Source: Raillietiella orientalis (lineage: Eukaryota). Taken from it: a DNA stretch of 64,000 nt. Shown here one piece after another: positions 1 through 11,674 of the stretch (its first letter is position 1; every line of letters starts with the position of its first letter). The notes below the pieces were generated by a model. The model was not told where the DNA came from, did not search any database, and saw nothing but the letters and a program-made list of their open reading frames with translations. A program made the position numbers and the translations under genes. The stretch lies in assembly GCA_036172245.1 (NCBI GenBank), contig JAYWIR010000111.1, positions 1-64,000 on the forward strand. Direction: 5' to 3'.

Positions 1-1752
1 TCACAATAGTGAATGCGGATGCCAAGTTGATAGCTAAGGTTTGGAATGAGCGTTTGGGACGGGTTGCAAACGCCTTCAACAGCCCGGAACAGACGTATGC
101 TGTTCCGGGGCGAAGCATGGAGGCGAACCTGTTCCACGCTTCCACCTGGCTAGAGCTCCAACACGAAAGGGGTTTGATGCGCACCGGGAATTCCGGTGAG
201 TCCGTCAGTCATGCGACGGATGGTCGTATGGAGGTGGGAGCACTTGCGGTCGCTGTCGACTTGCGTAAAGCATTCGACAGCGTCGACCAGAATCTCCGTT
301 GGGGACTTTTGGAACGCTTGGGCGTCCCGGCCTCATTATTGGCCTATCTGCGCTCTAGCTGGCGCGATGCGCAAATCAATGTTACTTTCAGCGGGCATAC
401 TGTTCACGGCGTGCCGGTGCGACGTGGGATCCGGCAAGGAGACAGCCTGAGCCCCTTGCTCTTCAGTACCTACTTTGAGTTGGTACTGAAAGCGTGCAAG
501 GAAACTCTGGCGCACCTGCCACATGAATGCGCCGGACCGCTCGCGGTTTCAGCATATGCGGAGCACCTTCTGCTACTGCACCCTATGTCCTCCCCGGCTT
601 CGGCGATCGAGAAGTTCTTCGACCTGCTGAATCCAAAAACCGGGCTTAGGGTGATCAGGGCGAAGTCGTCCGTGATGCCAGCTGGTGCGGCGTGGGCAGG
701 GCAGCAGGACTGGGTCCGTTTGGGGATCCCCACGGTGAGGTACTTCGAGTACCTTCGTGTGCCGTTGGGGGATTACTCCCCAGCGGAAGCGTGGTCCGCC
801 TGCTTTCAAAAAGTAGAGACGGCTATCAGCCCGTTCCGAGGCGGCAGGTTTTTACTGCCTGAAAGGGCCGCAATTTGGAACCGGTTTGGAACATGTTCGT
901 GGCTCCTCTCCTCTCCGTTCCCTGCTTTTTGTTTGCCCCCCCACAGAGAGGATCAAAAAGCGGACGAAGGACCTCCTCCGTATCGCCCTTTGGGGCAACG
1001 GGAGGGCTCGAGTCCGCTTGAAGGACTTGTGCGCTCCGCGTCGGGACGGTGGTCTCGGCCTCCTGAGATTGGAGCGGTTGGAGCTGCAGCTCCAGTTCCG
1101 GATTTTGGCACTTGTGCCGGAGATGTGGTACACCTGTTGGTGCGGTTCTGCACGTCTCCTCCTTCAGCAAGCCACCGGCAAGACGGGACTTACGTCGTTT
1201 CTTGCAATCCATCGAAGCCGCATCAACCGATGTGGGCTTCAGCTACGGAGAGTTGCTGCGCTGGCAAGGAAAAATCAAGGATGGATCATCTGTCTCCCCG
1301 CGAACGGTAGTGCCTGGTTGCAGGAAACCGTTCGAACGTGGGGACAGTTCGGCATGCAACCCTCCCATCAGGAACGAAGGTTCCTGTTTGGGTGTTACGG
1401 AAGTTGCACGCTTGGTGAGATCCTGGAGGATCCTAAGAAGAGAGCGTGATCAGGAAGAACCTCCTTGCTGCTGCGCTGTTCTCCCTAGTGGGACATCAGG
1501 ACAGCGATGTAGCGGCGTAGTGGAAGGTTATAATAAAAACACTACTGGAAGGAGAGGTAGCAAAGAGAGTGGAAGACGGGCCAGCTAACTGATGCTGCGA
1601 CCCCGAGTACGCCTCCTAATGGACTTCTGCGCTGGGGAGCGCTGCTGAATGTTCCAATTAAACATCTGAAGTGGCCCCCGGTTCTTATGAACACTTCCAT
1701 CCTCCCCTTAAAATGGCAAGAGTCGGCATTCCTGTTGCAGCATTGCTGTCCC
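1..1752 (+). pseudogene. Partial ORF2 (RT and C-terminal region) of an L1/Tx1-like non-LTR retrotransposon, decayed
   Basis: ORFs 9..1310 and 886..1449 contain DLRKAFD and RGIRQGDSLSPLLF. YADD has decayed to YAEH, there is a frameshift near 895, and the fragment ends abruptly against an inverted ORF1. Confidence 0.9.
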
Positions 1753-3340
1753 CTGGTTACCTTCCTCCATTGGAGTCGCCTCCTCGTCGGCTTCCGCACG
1801 TGGGTGATGCCCGACTGGAGGTCCCACGATGCCATCCACTGATGCTTCCTCCATTGGATTTCCCTCGCGCGGAGGCGGAATGCACCTTCGGAGTTTCTGG
1901 GATTTTCGCCCCGCGTTCCTTGGTGGTGCTACCGCAGAGAAGGATGCATTTACGGCCTCCCGGTCCCACTCACCTAAAAGGGCCATTTTAGCCGCTGCCA
2001 TCCTAAGCAGTCCCTTCCGCGAAGGGTTTTCGCGTTCAGCAGCCGTTGCCGCGAGCTCCTCCACAGCCTTCTCGGGGGCTGCGTCTTCCGTTTCGGCGAG
2101 TTTGTCGCCAGGCTGACCCTCTTCGCAAGCAGAGGGTGGGTTTTCGCGCGTATTGTTCGCGGAGGGAAAATCGATTGAAGCCGTATCGCCTCCGGTGTTG
2201 TCGTAGGGAACGTCAATGCGTTCCAGCGTAACCGTTCATTCTCGGAAAGTTTTTTCGCGCGACACGGATTGAGATTTTGTTCCGGACGCCGCCTTCTCTC
2301 CTTTCTTCGTGACATGCTTGTCTTTTTTGTCTTTTTTGGCCTTGACTAGCTACCAGCCCTTTACTCCCTCCGCGGTTTCGGGAAGATTTTTCTCCGAAGC
2401 CGCGCTTGGAGCTTGGGTTATTGGCAGCTTTTCTCGGCCAATTTCCCGGTTTTCCGATTTTTTTTTTCCCGCGCGTTTCCCTTGCGCCTTTTTGGCGGTA
2501 GAAGGAATCAGCGTGATGCGTTTAGTGCACACAAGACGAAAGTGTCCCTTCTCCCCGTACAAGTAGCAGTCGATGTTTGGGCACCGCTTTCGGATGTGTC
2601 CGACCGCATCGCACTAGCCGCAATACTGTGGCTTGCCGGCATACCAGAGGTCTACCGGTTCTCCCGCGACCTCAAGTATGTGGGGAAGCTTCGCATCGTC
2701 TTTTGGGGTTACACGTGACGCGGTAAGGCCCCCGAAGTGGCGCCCGTAGCCCTCAAAGATTGTGAGCTTCGGCCACAGCGCATGTACGTCCCCGTATTTA
2801 CTCAGTTTTTCTTGGACGGCAGTGCGCGTCATGCGCTTAGATATTCCCGTCAAGTGGATCACTTCCGAGTGGTCGATTAACACCGGAAAGATCTTACGGC
2901 CGTCCATGATCAGCGAGGTATTAATCAGGCGATCGGCTAGGCTGATGTTCTTGCACACCAGCTTAACGCGCTGCACCCCGCTGAGCACGCACAGACCTTC
3001 CAGATTTTGCTCACGGACATTAGCATTTTGAAGCGCTCTCCTGAAACAGCGCGCCGTGTTTCCTTCAAACAAAGGGCCTACCTTGTATACAAGCGATGGC
3101 TTGTATCCACAAGCCCGATAGGCGACTTCCTCGGCCAAGGCCTCCGCACTGGGGGCGGCGACCATTTCGCTCCAAGTCTTCGCCAGCTGCGAAGACGGTC
3201 CAGGGCCTGTTGCCCCCACATCTGTAGGTTGTGTGGGTGGACTTGCTTTCCCACGACTACATCCATCGCGGAGGCAGGCCTGGCAATCCAGGTCTGCCTG
3301 CTTATTGGACGAAGAAGGCCAAAAGCACTCATCCCATGCG
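1753..3340 (-). pseudogene. 5' part of an L1/Tx1-like element: decayed gag-like ORF1
   Basis: ORF 2614..3219 (YKPSLVYKVG...VDLWYAGKPQYCG) and ORF 1708..2064 are homologous to the intact ORF1 at 7031-8779. Confidence 0.88.
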
Positions 3341-3344
3341 TAGG

Positions 3345-5497
3345 TTTTTCACTTGGGTGAGCCGGGACTTTTGTTATTAAAATTTTTCAAAATTAAAAAA
3401 AATTTCATAATTTAGTCTTGTTTTGTTTATTTTTTTGTTGTTCTTCTTGTTTTTAGTCGGGACGTATGGCTCGTCTGTATTGAGGCAGTTGTCCTTACGG
3501 ACCGGAAAGCCGATAAGGTCCTAAACAATGGTGATGGGGCGGGGAAAAACAAAAATACACAAAAAAAAAAGAAAACGGCTGGGGGGTAATGTTCTTCGGG
3601 AGGGAAAGGGAAGGGAAGGAATCACGGTACGCCGTGAGGAGGACTCTGCATCCGTTCACGAATGCGGACGTGTGCCTGCAAATGTTTTCCAAGTCGGCGC
3701 CGACGGCAGGCTTTCTCTAAGGAGATGGTTGCCCAGTGGATGGCATTCCGACTGGCATGTCCTCTCTTTGACGCGGTCCACTTGTCCAGTATTCCGCGTA
3801 TGCAACAGAGCACTGCTACACACCCGGAAGCTGGCAAGGCGTCCCGCATCAGGAGTAGAAATATGTTCTTCGGGTCGCCCCGCGGAATGGTGAAGATCGA
3901 CGAGAGTCGGTCCCTCATATCGCGAAGGGCAACGCACTCAATGTTCAAGTGAGGAAAGATTGCTCTTTCCCCACAGTCTGTGCAATTAGCTTCCACACTC
4001 CCCGGTGTCCAGTGAGACAAGCGCGCTCTGCCTAAGAGTCCCCGATGGAGCAGAAGCAACGCCGTCTCCTGCCACTGCAGGGAAAGGTTCCGTTATCCCA
4101 CGACGCCGGAGGCCACTTCCCCTCCTTCGGAGGTACTTCGAGCTGCGCGCCCCAGCGTGAAAGTCCATTCGGCGGGACACTCGGGGTACTAGCGTCGGCT
4201 AGTTCCCGGGACGTCCACGCCTTCAATAATTTTTTCTTGCCTCCGATGAGGCACGACACTTACCACGATGCCTCCTGCTGGGTGTCCACAACTTCCGTGA
4301 GGGAGGGCAGCACTGGGGCAAGGGGGGTAAAGGAGGCCCAAAGAAGCTTCCGTAAGCTGCTGACGAACTCCTGCAGTTGCTGAACAGCGTGCCTCCCTCT
4401 ACGGAGGAAGAAGTCCTCATCGCTGGAGTTGTTGATTTTAGCCCATGCGGAAACGGATTCCTGGAGCCAGATAGTCCAGTCCGCAGGGATGCAGAGATCC
4501 ACGGATTGTCTCTCAACAGGGTAACCAACTCTTGCAGCTGAAAACCACAGTAGTTTAGGCTGCGGTCGTTGGTTACTAGGATTGACGTCAATCCATGACA
4601 GCCGGTTTCCCTGTGAGCCAGAAGTCTTGAAGGTGCACACCAGGGTGCTGTCCAGTACTTTGCCACAAGGGCAAGTTTACGGAATCGAAGCTGTCGCTCC
4701 ATGCGCTCCAGCGTCAGGAGACGAAGTTCTCCGTGCCTGCGTGCATTGCACAGGTCTTTAAGACGGAAGCGGGGACTCCGATTGCCCCAGAGTGCTTTCT
4801 AATAAGTTTCCTTGTCATTTTACGAATTTGGTGAGGGGTGGGAATACTACAAGTAGGATGCGGAGGAAGGGGTTTGCAAAAGCGTCCCACACCGCGACCC
4901 CTTCCCGCAAGTAAAATTTGCCGTCTCGGAACAGGCCGATCGCCAAATCCACCTTTCCGAGACGGTCGAACAAGGCTTCTGCAGCGCACAAGTCCGCCAA
5001 CGGAACGCCCACGTACTTGAAGTATACGCTTGTCGGGGTCCCCAAGCGGCTCCAAGCCGACCGTTCTGCCAACGACGAGTCCGGAGAAATGATTGACGAC
5101 TTCCCCCTGTTTACCACTGAACCCGTCCCACGGTAAAGAAGCCCATAGAAATCTTCGAGCGCCGATGCCGGGGTGGACCCTGGAAGCAGAAGAAGGTCGT
5201 CGGCATGGGACGAAACGGCGGGCGTGACGGGATATGAGCTCGGCAGGGTTGCCAAAGACTCCCTGTATGCCCTCAGCACCAACTCAAAGTAGATGATGAA
5301 GAGAGGGGGATCAGGCTATCACCATGCCGGATGCCGCAACGACTCGGCACGCCGTGCACGTGCCGGCCGCTGAAATTGATGTTAATTAGCGCGAAGCGAA
5401 AGCAGGAGCGCAAGTAAGCCTGGAAGACGGCCGGAAATCGAAAGCGTTCCAGCAGCTCCAGGAGGAGCTCCTGGTCGACGCAATCGAAAGCTTTACG
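3345..5497 (-). mobile_element. 3' half of an L1/Tx1-like element (RT from K-A-F-D, C-terminal CCHC, 3' UTR, terminal hairpin)
   Basis: ORFs 4815..5282 (HADDLLLL) and 3622..4059 (CTDCGERAIFPHLNIEC). Terminal CCCGGCTCACCCAAGTGAAAAA at about 3345-3366. Broken at 5497 by element A. Confidence 0.88.
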
Positions 5498-6940
5498 TTG
5501 GTTAGAGTGGACGTGTTTCCTCGGTGCTCCTCGTGCCGGGAACCGTCCCTAGGTGTAGACTTCGTGTGTGCTGGTGGTCGATCAGGCAGCAATGCCTGAC
5601 ACGGGAAACAGTGCGTGTCAGGGGGCGTTGGCAACGTCGCCTTCTGAAGAAATTGAGTGCCAGTTGGCAGCAGCAACGTCGCCTCTAGAAAAGTTCGAAT
5701 GCCAGGGGGCGGCGGCAACGTCGCCTTTAGTGGCGAAGGAGGTGGGGGCGTCCGCCCAAACACAAACGGTCCACGCTGCAGCGCGGGCGTGGAGCGCTGT
5801 TGTGTCGCCGCCATCGACTGCATCCGCGGCGGATATGTCGGCCTATGTGGAGGAGGAATGTAACCCATCATTGTTCTACAAGGTAGGCAATCTATATTTT
5901 TTAGAAAGCGCTCGCGCCTTTTCGAAGGGGATGCGCGCTCTCGATGTTGAAGAGGAGGAGCTCTGAGCTAGAACCATTCGTAGCGGGGGGCAGTACGTAG
6001 AAGTGATCTGCAAACGCGCAGATCTGGCCCAACGTATGCTCAAAACCCCCGTGGTGATAAGGAGATGCAGGCTCCTTCCCATTGCGGCTGACCACAGTAT
6101 GGTGGTCCACCTTTTAGGAGTTACCGCGCGGATTCGCAAAGAACAGTTACGCGCCGCGTTAGACAAAGAAGGCACGGCACATGCAGTATGGACCAAGCCT
6201 AGTCCTTTCCAAAACTATACCACAGTTGAGTGCGCCTTCATAGCTGCCTGCATAACCTTTCGGGAGGGCTCTACCCTTCCCCACAAACTGGTGGTCGGCG
6301 AAGAAAGCGTCGACCTCTGGTACGTGGGGAAACCCAAATACGGTGGCTTCTGCAAAACGTCAAGACACCTCAAAGGAGGTGTTCCAACGTACAGTGCCAG
6401 GTACAGTGCCAACAACGGGCCAAACGAAAAAAATTTGCTCACAATCCGCTGTGCGCGTGGTTTCCGCGAGGAACTTAAAAAAACGCGCGCGGCTGCTACT
6501 CAAAAGGATGGCGGCGAAGGCTGCTCCTCAAGCTGTGCCAACCACACCCGTGGTTCAGGCCGCAGCCGACATTCCGGCAACGAATGCCGAAAAGATCGAC
6601 AAAATCGGTCAGGTGTCGGAATGGCAAGAAGTCACAGCGACAAAGAAAAAAAAGTCGAAGAAAGAACGACGAATTGAAAAAAAGCTCGCCTACCAAAATA
6701 AAAAACAGCAGGTTAGCGAGAATTTACAAGAATGCAGCGTCGTCGTAAAATGCGTCCCCGCTGAACGGCGCAAGGTAGAAATCGCTGCTAACGACGAGCA
6801 ATCCACTGTAGAAAATGTAAACAGCGTGGGGAGCGAACCGGCGGAAGCGTCCGTCATCGAGACCGTGATCGACGACGCCGCCTTCGAGCGTGCGGCGGAG
6901 GAGCTGGCTGCATCGTTGCAGCCAGAAACCTCCACGGCCA
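5498..6940 (+). mobile_element. Element A: 5' end and decayed ORF1, same subfamily as element C
   Basis: GGACGTGTTT at 5509. ORFs 5568..5966, 6003..6677 and 6343..7011 match the ORF1 of element C (AYVEE-x-CNPS-x-FYKVGNLY). Truncated by element B. Confidence 0.88.
5616..5741 (+). repeat. Three 42-bp tandem coding repeats (CQxAxATSP) in the ORF1 N-terminus
   Basis: Units start at 5616, 5658 and 5700 and share GCAACGTCGCCT. Confidence 0.8.
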
Positions 6941-7030
6941 GTTGGAGGACGTGTTTTTCCTTCAGTCCTCAAAGAGTAGTACGAAAGCGCTTTCTTGTGT
7001 GTGGTGTTTAGTGTACATCGTCGGTGTCCA

Positions 7031-8779
7031 ATGGCCACGACGCCAGAGGACACCGCGATGGAGGTGGGAGTGGGGGAGGCTAGTTCGCCCCCACAGCCTA
7101 CTGGAGCAGGGGCAGCCGCCCAGGAATCATCCCCGGCCACGCCGAGGACATGGAGCGCCATGGTGGCCGCGCCCAGCGCAGAAGCCATGGGGGAGATGGC
7201 CTCATACAAGGCCTCCGGGTACAAGCCATCGCTTGTCTACCAGGTAGGCAAATTGTTCGACGGCCGGACAGCGCGCGCCTTCAGAAAAGCGTTCATGGAC
7301 GCGAATATTAATGAGAAGGATCTGGACGGCCTCTCCGTCCTCAGCGGCGGGCAGCGGGTCGAGGTGCTCGGCAAAGATGTCACCTTGGCTCGCCTAATCC
7401 ATGCGCCGCTGAACGTAGACGGTCGCAAGATCCTGCCAGTATCAATGGACCGCTCCGTGGTGATCCACATGACTGGCATGACCAGCCGCATGACGCCGTC
7501 AGCGGTTGGTGAGGAATTGCGGAAATACGGTGAGGTGCACGCACTGTGGCCGAAACCCTCCATTTTCGACGGCTTCGATAGCCTTTTTGGTGGGCAGGCT
7601 GCAGCGCGGGTCACCGTAAGGGAGAATTGTGGGCTTCCCCACAAACTACAGGTGGCGCAAGAAAACGTCGACCTGTGGTATGTAGGGAAGCCCCGGTATT
7701 GCGGGCATTGTGATACCGTGGGACACCTACGTAAAAGGTGTCCCAATATACAATGCCATTTGTGCGGGGAGGGGGGCCAAGTTCGGCGTGTGTGCCCCAA
7801 ACGCCCCACCCCGGTTCCCCCTGACGCGAAAAAAGCGAAGGGGAAACGCGCTTCAAAGGTCTCTAGACCTAAAGTGGAAAAGGGCCAGCACAAGCAGCCA
7901 ACACCTCAACCTCCGGCGCGTAAGCCGGAGGATAAACCTTCTGAAACGGTGGAAGCCGAAGAGGGATGGCAGCTTGTAGAGGCCAGAAAACCAAGAAAAC
8001 TCCCACCCGCGGAGAGCAAAGAGCGCAAGACGGCCGGAAAGCCGAAAAAACCCGGACCGCGCACGAAAACTCTGCGGGAGTGCACGGTGGCACTAGAACG
8101 AATCGTCGTTCCCGAGATTGCCACCCGGAGCGTCGATGATCCCCTTGCCGTTTCTGCTGCGCCCGAGGCTCACGACGGCGAACCGTCTCTTTACAGAGAG
8201 GGTGAGCCGCGCGACATAGCGAGGGTCGAAGCCGCCGACGCCGCGTTCGCGCAGGCGGCGGAGGAGCTCGCGTTCACGCTGGCCGAGCGTGAGAACCCCT
8301 CGCGCAAGGCCGTGCGAAGGCCGGCTCCGGTAAAGTCGGCACCCACAGGTAAGTTAGACCTGGGGGCCGGAAGCACATCCTCCTCCTCGGAGGCACCCCC
8401 CCGGAAGTCGGGACGCAAGTCCCAGAAGCCCAGGAGGCGCCTCCCCTCCACCAGCGAGGAGGAGAAGACGGAAGCCGTCGCCAGCGTGGGAAATTCGGAG
8501 GAGGAATTCCCACGCTCGGAAGCCGTCGATGCGGCCATCCCCATGGAGGAGGGTGAACAGGGGGGTGAAGTCCCCCCTGCAGGCGCCGACCCTGAACAGC
8601 CCGCCCCCATGGAGGAGGGCGAACAGGTAGGCGCGACTCCACCTGCGGGTGATCCGGCCGACGCGCCGGCACCGATGGAGGAGGGGGACCAGGTGCCTTC
8701 AGCACCTGACCCCTCTCGTCCACCTAGCGTCCCGCCCCACCAGGTGGCGGACGCCGCACTGCCATCTTCGCAGGAGTAA
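7031..8779 (+). CDS. ORF1 (gag-like nucleic-acid-binding protein, CCHC zinc knuckles), open, 582 aa
   Basis: ATG at 7031, knuckles CGHCDTVGHLRKRC and CHLCGEGGQVRRVC, acidic Pro-rich C-terminal repeats, and TAA at 8777-8779 overlapping the ORF2 start position. Confidence 0.88.
   Translation: MATTPEDTAMEVGVGEASSPPQPTGAGAAAQESSPATPRTWSAMVAAPSAEAMGEMASYKASGYKPSLVYQVGKLFDGRTARAFRKAFMDANINEKDLDGLSVLSGGQRVEVLGKDVTLARLIHAPLNVDGRKILPVSMDRSVVIHMTGMTSRMTPSAVGEELRKYGEVHALWPKPSIFDGFDSLFGGQAAARVTVRENCGLPHKLQVAQENVDLWYVGKPRYCGHCDTVGHLRKRCPNIQCHLCGEGGQVRRVCPKRPTPVPPDAKKAKGKRASKVSRPKVEKGQHKQPTPQPPARKPEDKPSETVEAEEGWQLVEARKPRKLPPAESKERKTAGKPKKPGPRTKTLRECTVALERIVVPEIATRSVDDPLAVSAAPEAHDGEPSLYREGEPRDIARVEAADAAFAQAAEELAFTLAERENPSRKAVRRPAPVKSAPTGKLDLGAGSTSSSSEAPPRKSGRKSQKPRRRLPSTSEEEKTEAVASVGNSEEEFPRSEAVDAAIPMEEGEQGGEVPPAGADPEQPAPMEEGEQVGATPPAGDPADAPAPMEEGDQVPSAPDPSRPPSVPPHQVADAALPSSQE
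8541..8710 (+). repeat. 66-bp tandem coding repeat (PMEEGEQ...), about 3 units, in the ORF1 C-terminus
   Basis: ATGGAGGAGGG at 8543, 8609 and 8675. Related arrays near 26215-26375 and 44310-44460. Confidence 0.85.
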
Positions 8780-9147
8780 CACCTGGGCTCGCCAGTCGCC
8801 GTCGGATTCGCGCCGCCAGTTGGAATGTCAACGGGCTCCGCGACGACGGTAACAGGCGATATACAGCCGACACCCTGCAAGAGTTCGACCTGGCCCTGTT
8901 GCAGGAGTTCCACGTGATCACCGCGGCAGACGTCCAGGAGATCGAGACGATCGCGGGGGGTCGTCTGTACTGGCAATGCGGCATCCGCAACACCTGCGGG
9001 GTCGCGTTCTTCGTGAAGCCGGCCATCGACGCTGCCGTGAAGGGCGTGCGCATCGATGACGACGGTCGGGTCGGTCAGCTGACTCTCATCTAGTCCGACT
9101 CGATCGATCTTATCGTCACGAATGTGTACGCCCCAACCAGTCAAAAG

Positions 9148-9559
9148 TGCGGAATAGTGGCGGCTTGGAACGCCACCAGAAGAAGGCGTCAGCCAACCGG
9201 CAACGCCTTACACTGGACTCGCGTTTTCGTGCGAAGTGTCTGCAAGTGGCGCCACTTGAGCGCTGAAAGGACTCAGCTTGTGGGGATCCTGAAAAGGATC
9301 TAGGGGACCTCTCCACGCGCACCGTGATATCTTCCCCGCCCTCCCAACCCTACAACATTTGTTCCCCCCTACATTAAAACTTTTTGTTTCTTTTTGTTTT
9401 TCTTTATTTCCCATCCCCGCGCATCGGAAGGACCTCTCCGGCACGGAGCCGGTAACCAGCAAGCTGTTTTGGAGTGGTGAACCTTCGGGTTCGCCACGCG
9501 ACATTTTCTCTGTTATTTTATTTCTAAGAAATAAATGCCCCGGCACATCCGGGTGTGAA
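9148..9559 (+). mobile_element. 5'-truncated copy (ORF2 end plus 3' UTR) inserted in the APE domain of element B
   Basis: Near-identical to the reverse complement of about 29087-29495. Flanked by CAACCAGTCAAAAG (9134-9147) and CAAGCAGTCAAAAG (9560-9573). Confidence 0.92.
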
Positions 9560-9751
9560 CAAGCAGTCAAAAGGGATACAGCAACCGTACCAGGCTGCTT
9601 GTATCCCTGAAGCGCGACTGGCTGGCGAACACGAGCGTGCGGAAGGCTCACCTGATAGCGGAAGATTTCAATGGAGTGCGGACGTGTTTTTCTTCGCTCT
9701 AGTCTCCGTGCTTTCATCCGCTTCATCTTGGCGTCGTACATTTTGACGACG

Positions 9752-11674
9752 ATGTCGACCCAACTTGAAGCTACTGAAGTTGGAGGAACAGCATCCGGAT
9801 CTGCAATCGCGGAACCGACGGCCGCATCCACTTCGTCTTTCTCGCCAATGGAGAGGAGTTTTGCTGACGTTGCTGCCACAGCAGCCGTCAATGGGAAACC
9901 ACTCGACGAGTCGGAGTTGCGGGCATAGGTAGCCCAAGGCTATTGACCTGCTCTCCGATATAAGGTGAGTGGTTTTCTTTCTGCGCGCGACGGGAATCAG
10001 TTCAACGATGAACTGACCCGTGTTGGCGTGCGGGAGGAAGACCTTCTCGCCATTATGCCCGTACAAGACATGGGCTATTTCAAGGTGCGTTGCAAAGACG
10101 CTGCACTTGTGCAACGCTTGCTGCGCACCCCGTTGTCGATCCGTGGCCAGAAGGTCTTCCCGGCCGCCATGGACGACTCATTTGTGGCGGAGATTTTCGA
10201 CATCGAGTCGGAAATCTCCGATACTGATATTCGGAACGCGTTGGCGAAATTCGCCACGGTCCATGCGCTGTGGAGGGTGCGTAGCAACCTCAAGGACTTC
10301 CCGTCCATACACAGCGGAGTCGCTGGAGTCCGGCTTACAATGCCGGACCGCCGTCTGCTGCCCATCAAACTACAGGTGAAAGACACGGTCGTTCACCTGT
10401 GGTTCGTTTGGAAAGTAAGAACGTGCGAGCAATCCGGGAAGGAGGGGCATTGTTTGGATAAATGCCCCTCTGGAAAATGCCGTTATTGCAAACTATCCGG
10501 GCACCAATTAAAAATTTGCCAGGATCTTTTGCGAAAAAAGGCAGCCGCGGAGCTCCATTTTAAAAAACAAAGCGCGGATAAAAAGAAAAAATCTGCGAAA
10601 ATCCTGGAGACCCCACGGCAGAAATTCCGAAAAATCGCGAGGCGGAATGTCGCCCCAAAGCAGCAGGAAACCTCGCAGGCGAAGCCCTGCGCGCCCCCTC
10701 TCGCGGCAGAGGAGCCGCAAAAGAAAGGGTGCGGGGAATCCGGGGCAATGGTAAGTCCCCCTAGGTGCAATAGCTGTCCTTCCCAAGCACGCCCGGCTCT
10801 TTCGGACTTCGAGCAACCGGCGGGGATGCCAATGGACAACGGCGGTAAGGACACTTCCAGTACCGTCAGATCCATTCCTTCACCTCCTGCAGTGGCTGCG
10901 AAGCCCAAATCGGGTAAGAAGGGTTGTGCCGTGTCGACTTCGGAAGTCGGCAAAAAAAAATCCGCGTCGCGATCCAACACCGCGAAAGCGGAGAAAAATC
11001 TCACGCCGTCGCAGTCGGAGAGCAAGCTCTCGACTGGCGCGGATGCCATGCCAACGAAGGGATTAAAAGCCCTTCCGAAGGCAGCGTCCATGACGAGCGT
11101 GGCGGAGCCATCGAAAGTGCTCCCGTCCAAAGACGCGGATGGCTTCAAAGATGGCCATGGAGCACAATCTCCATTTACGGCGCCACGCGAAGTGAGGAAC
11201 CGTATTGAAGTAAAGAAGACTTCAGCAAAGGTCCCTCGTGCAACTGCGCGTGAGCACGCTGAAAACGCGCGCGCCGGGAAAGCAGCCGTCACCAAAAGCG
11301 ATCCTCTGGTGACGGAAAACGACAACAAGACAGCTGTCAATCCAGCAGAACCTGTCACTGCTTGGCTGAAGGCCGAAACCCGATCGAACATGCGCCGGTC
11401 GGACTCCGAAATGGATGCCGTTCCGATCACCGAGACGAGGACAACTCGTTCGAAAGCGTGTGCGCGCCGATCAAAAGTAGGCAGCCAGGCAACGCTCGCC
11501 GCGAAGCAACGCGAAGTCTCCACGAAACCCGACGGGGTTCATCCTGGCGTGGAGGCATTACATGCATGCAGCACGACAGAGGACGGTGGCGACCGTCCCC
11601 TCCAGCCAGTCGAGCTGCTCGCCGTCTGCTCGCCGGATAAAGCGAGCAAAAAGCTGCCACCTTCCCAGCAGTAA
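9752..11674 (+). pseudogene. ORF1 of element I (two in-frame stops near 9926 and 9944)
   Basis: ORFs 9671..9928 and 9965..11674 are in the same frame. Knuckles CEQSGKEGHCLDKC and CRYCKLSGHQLKIC. Confidence 0.87.
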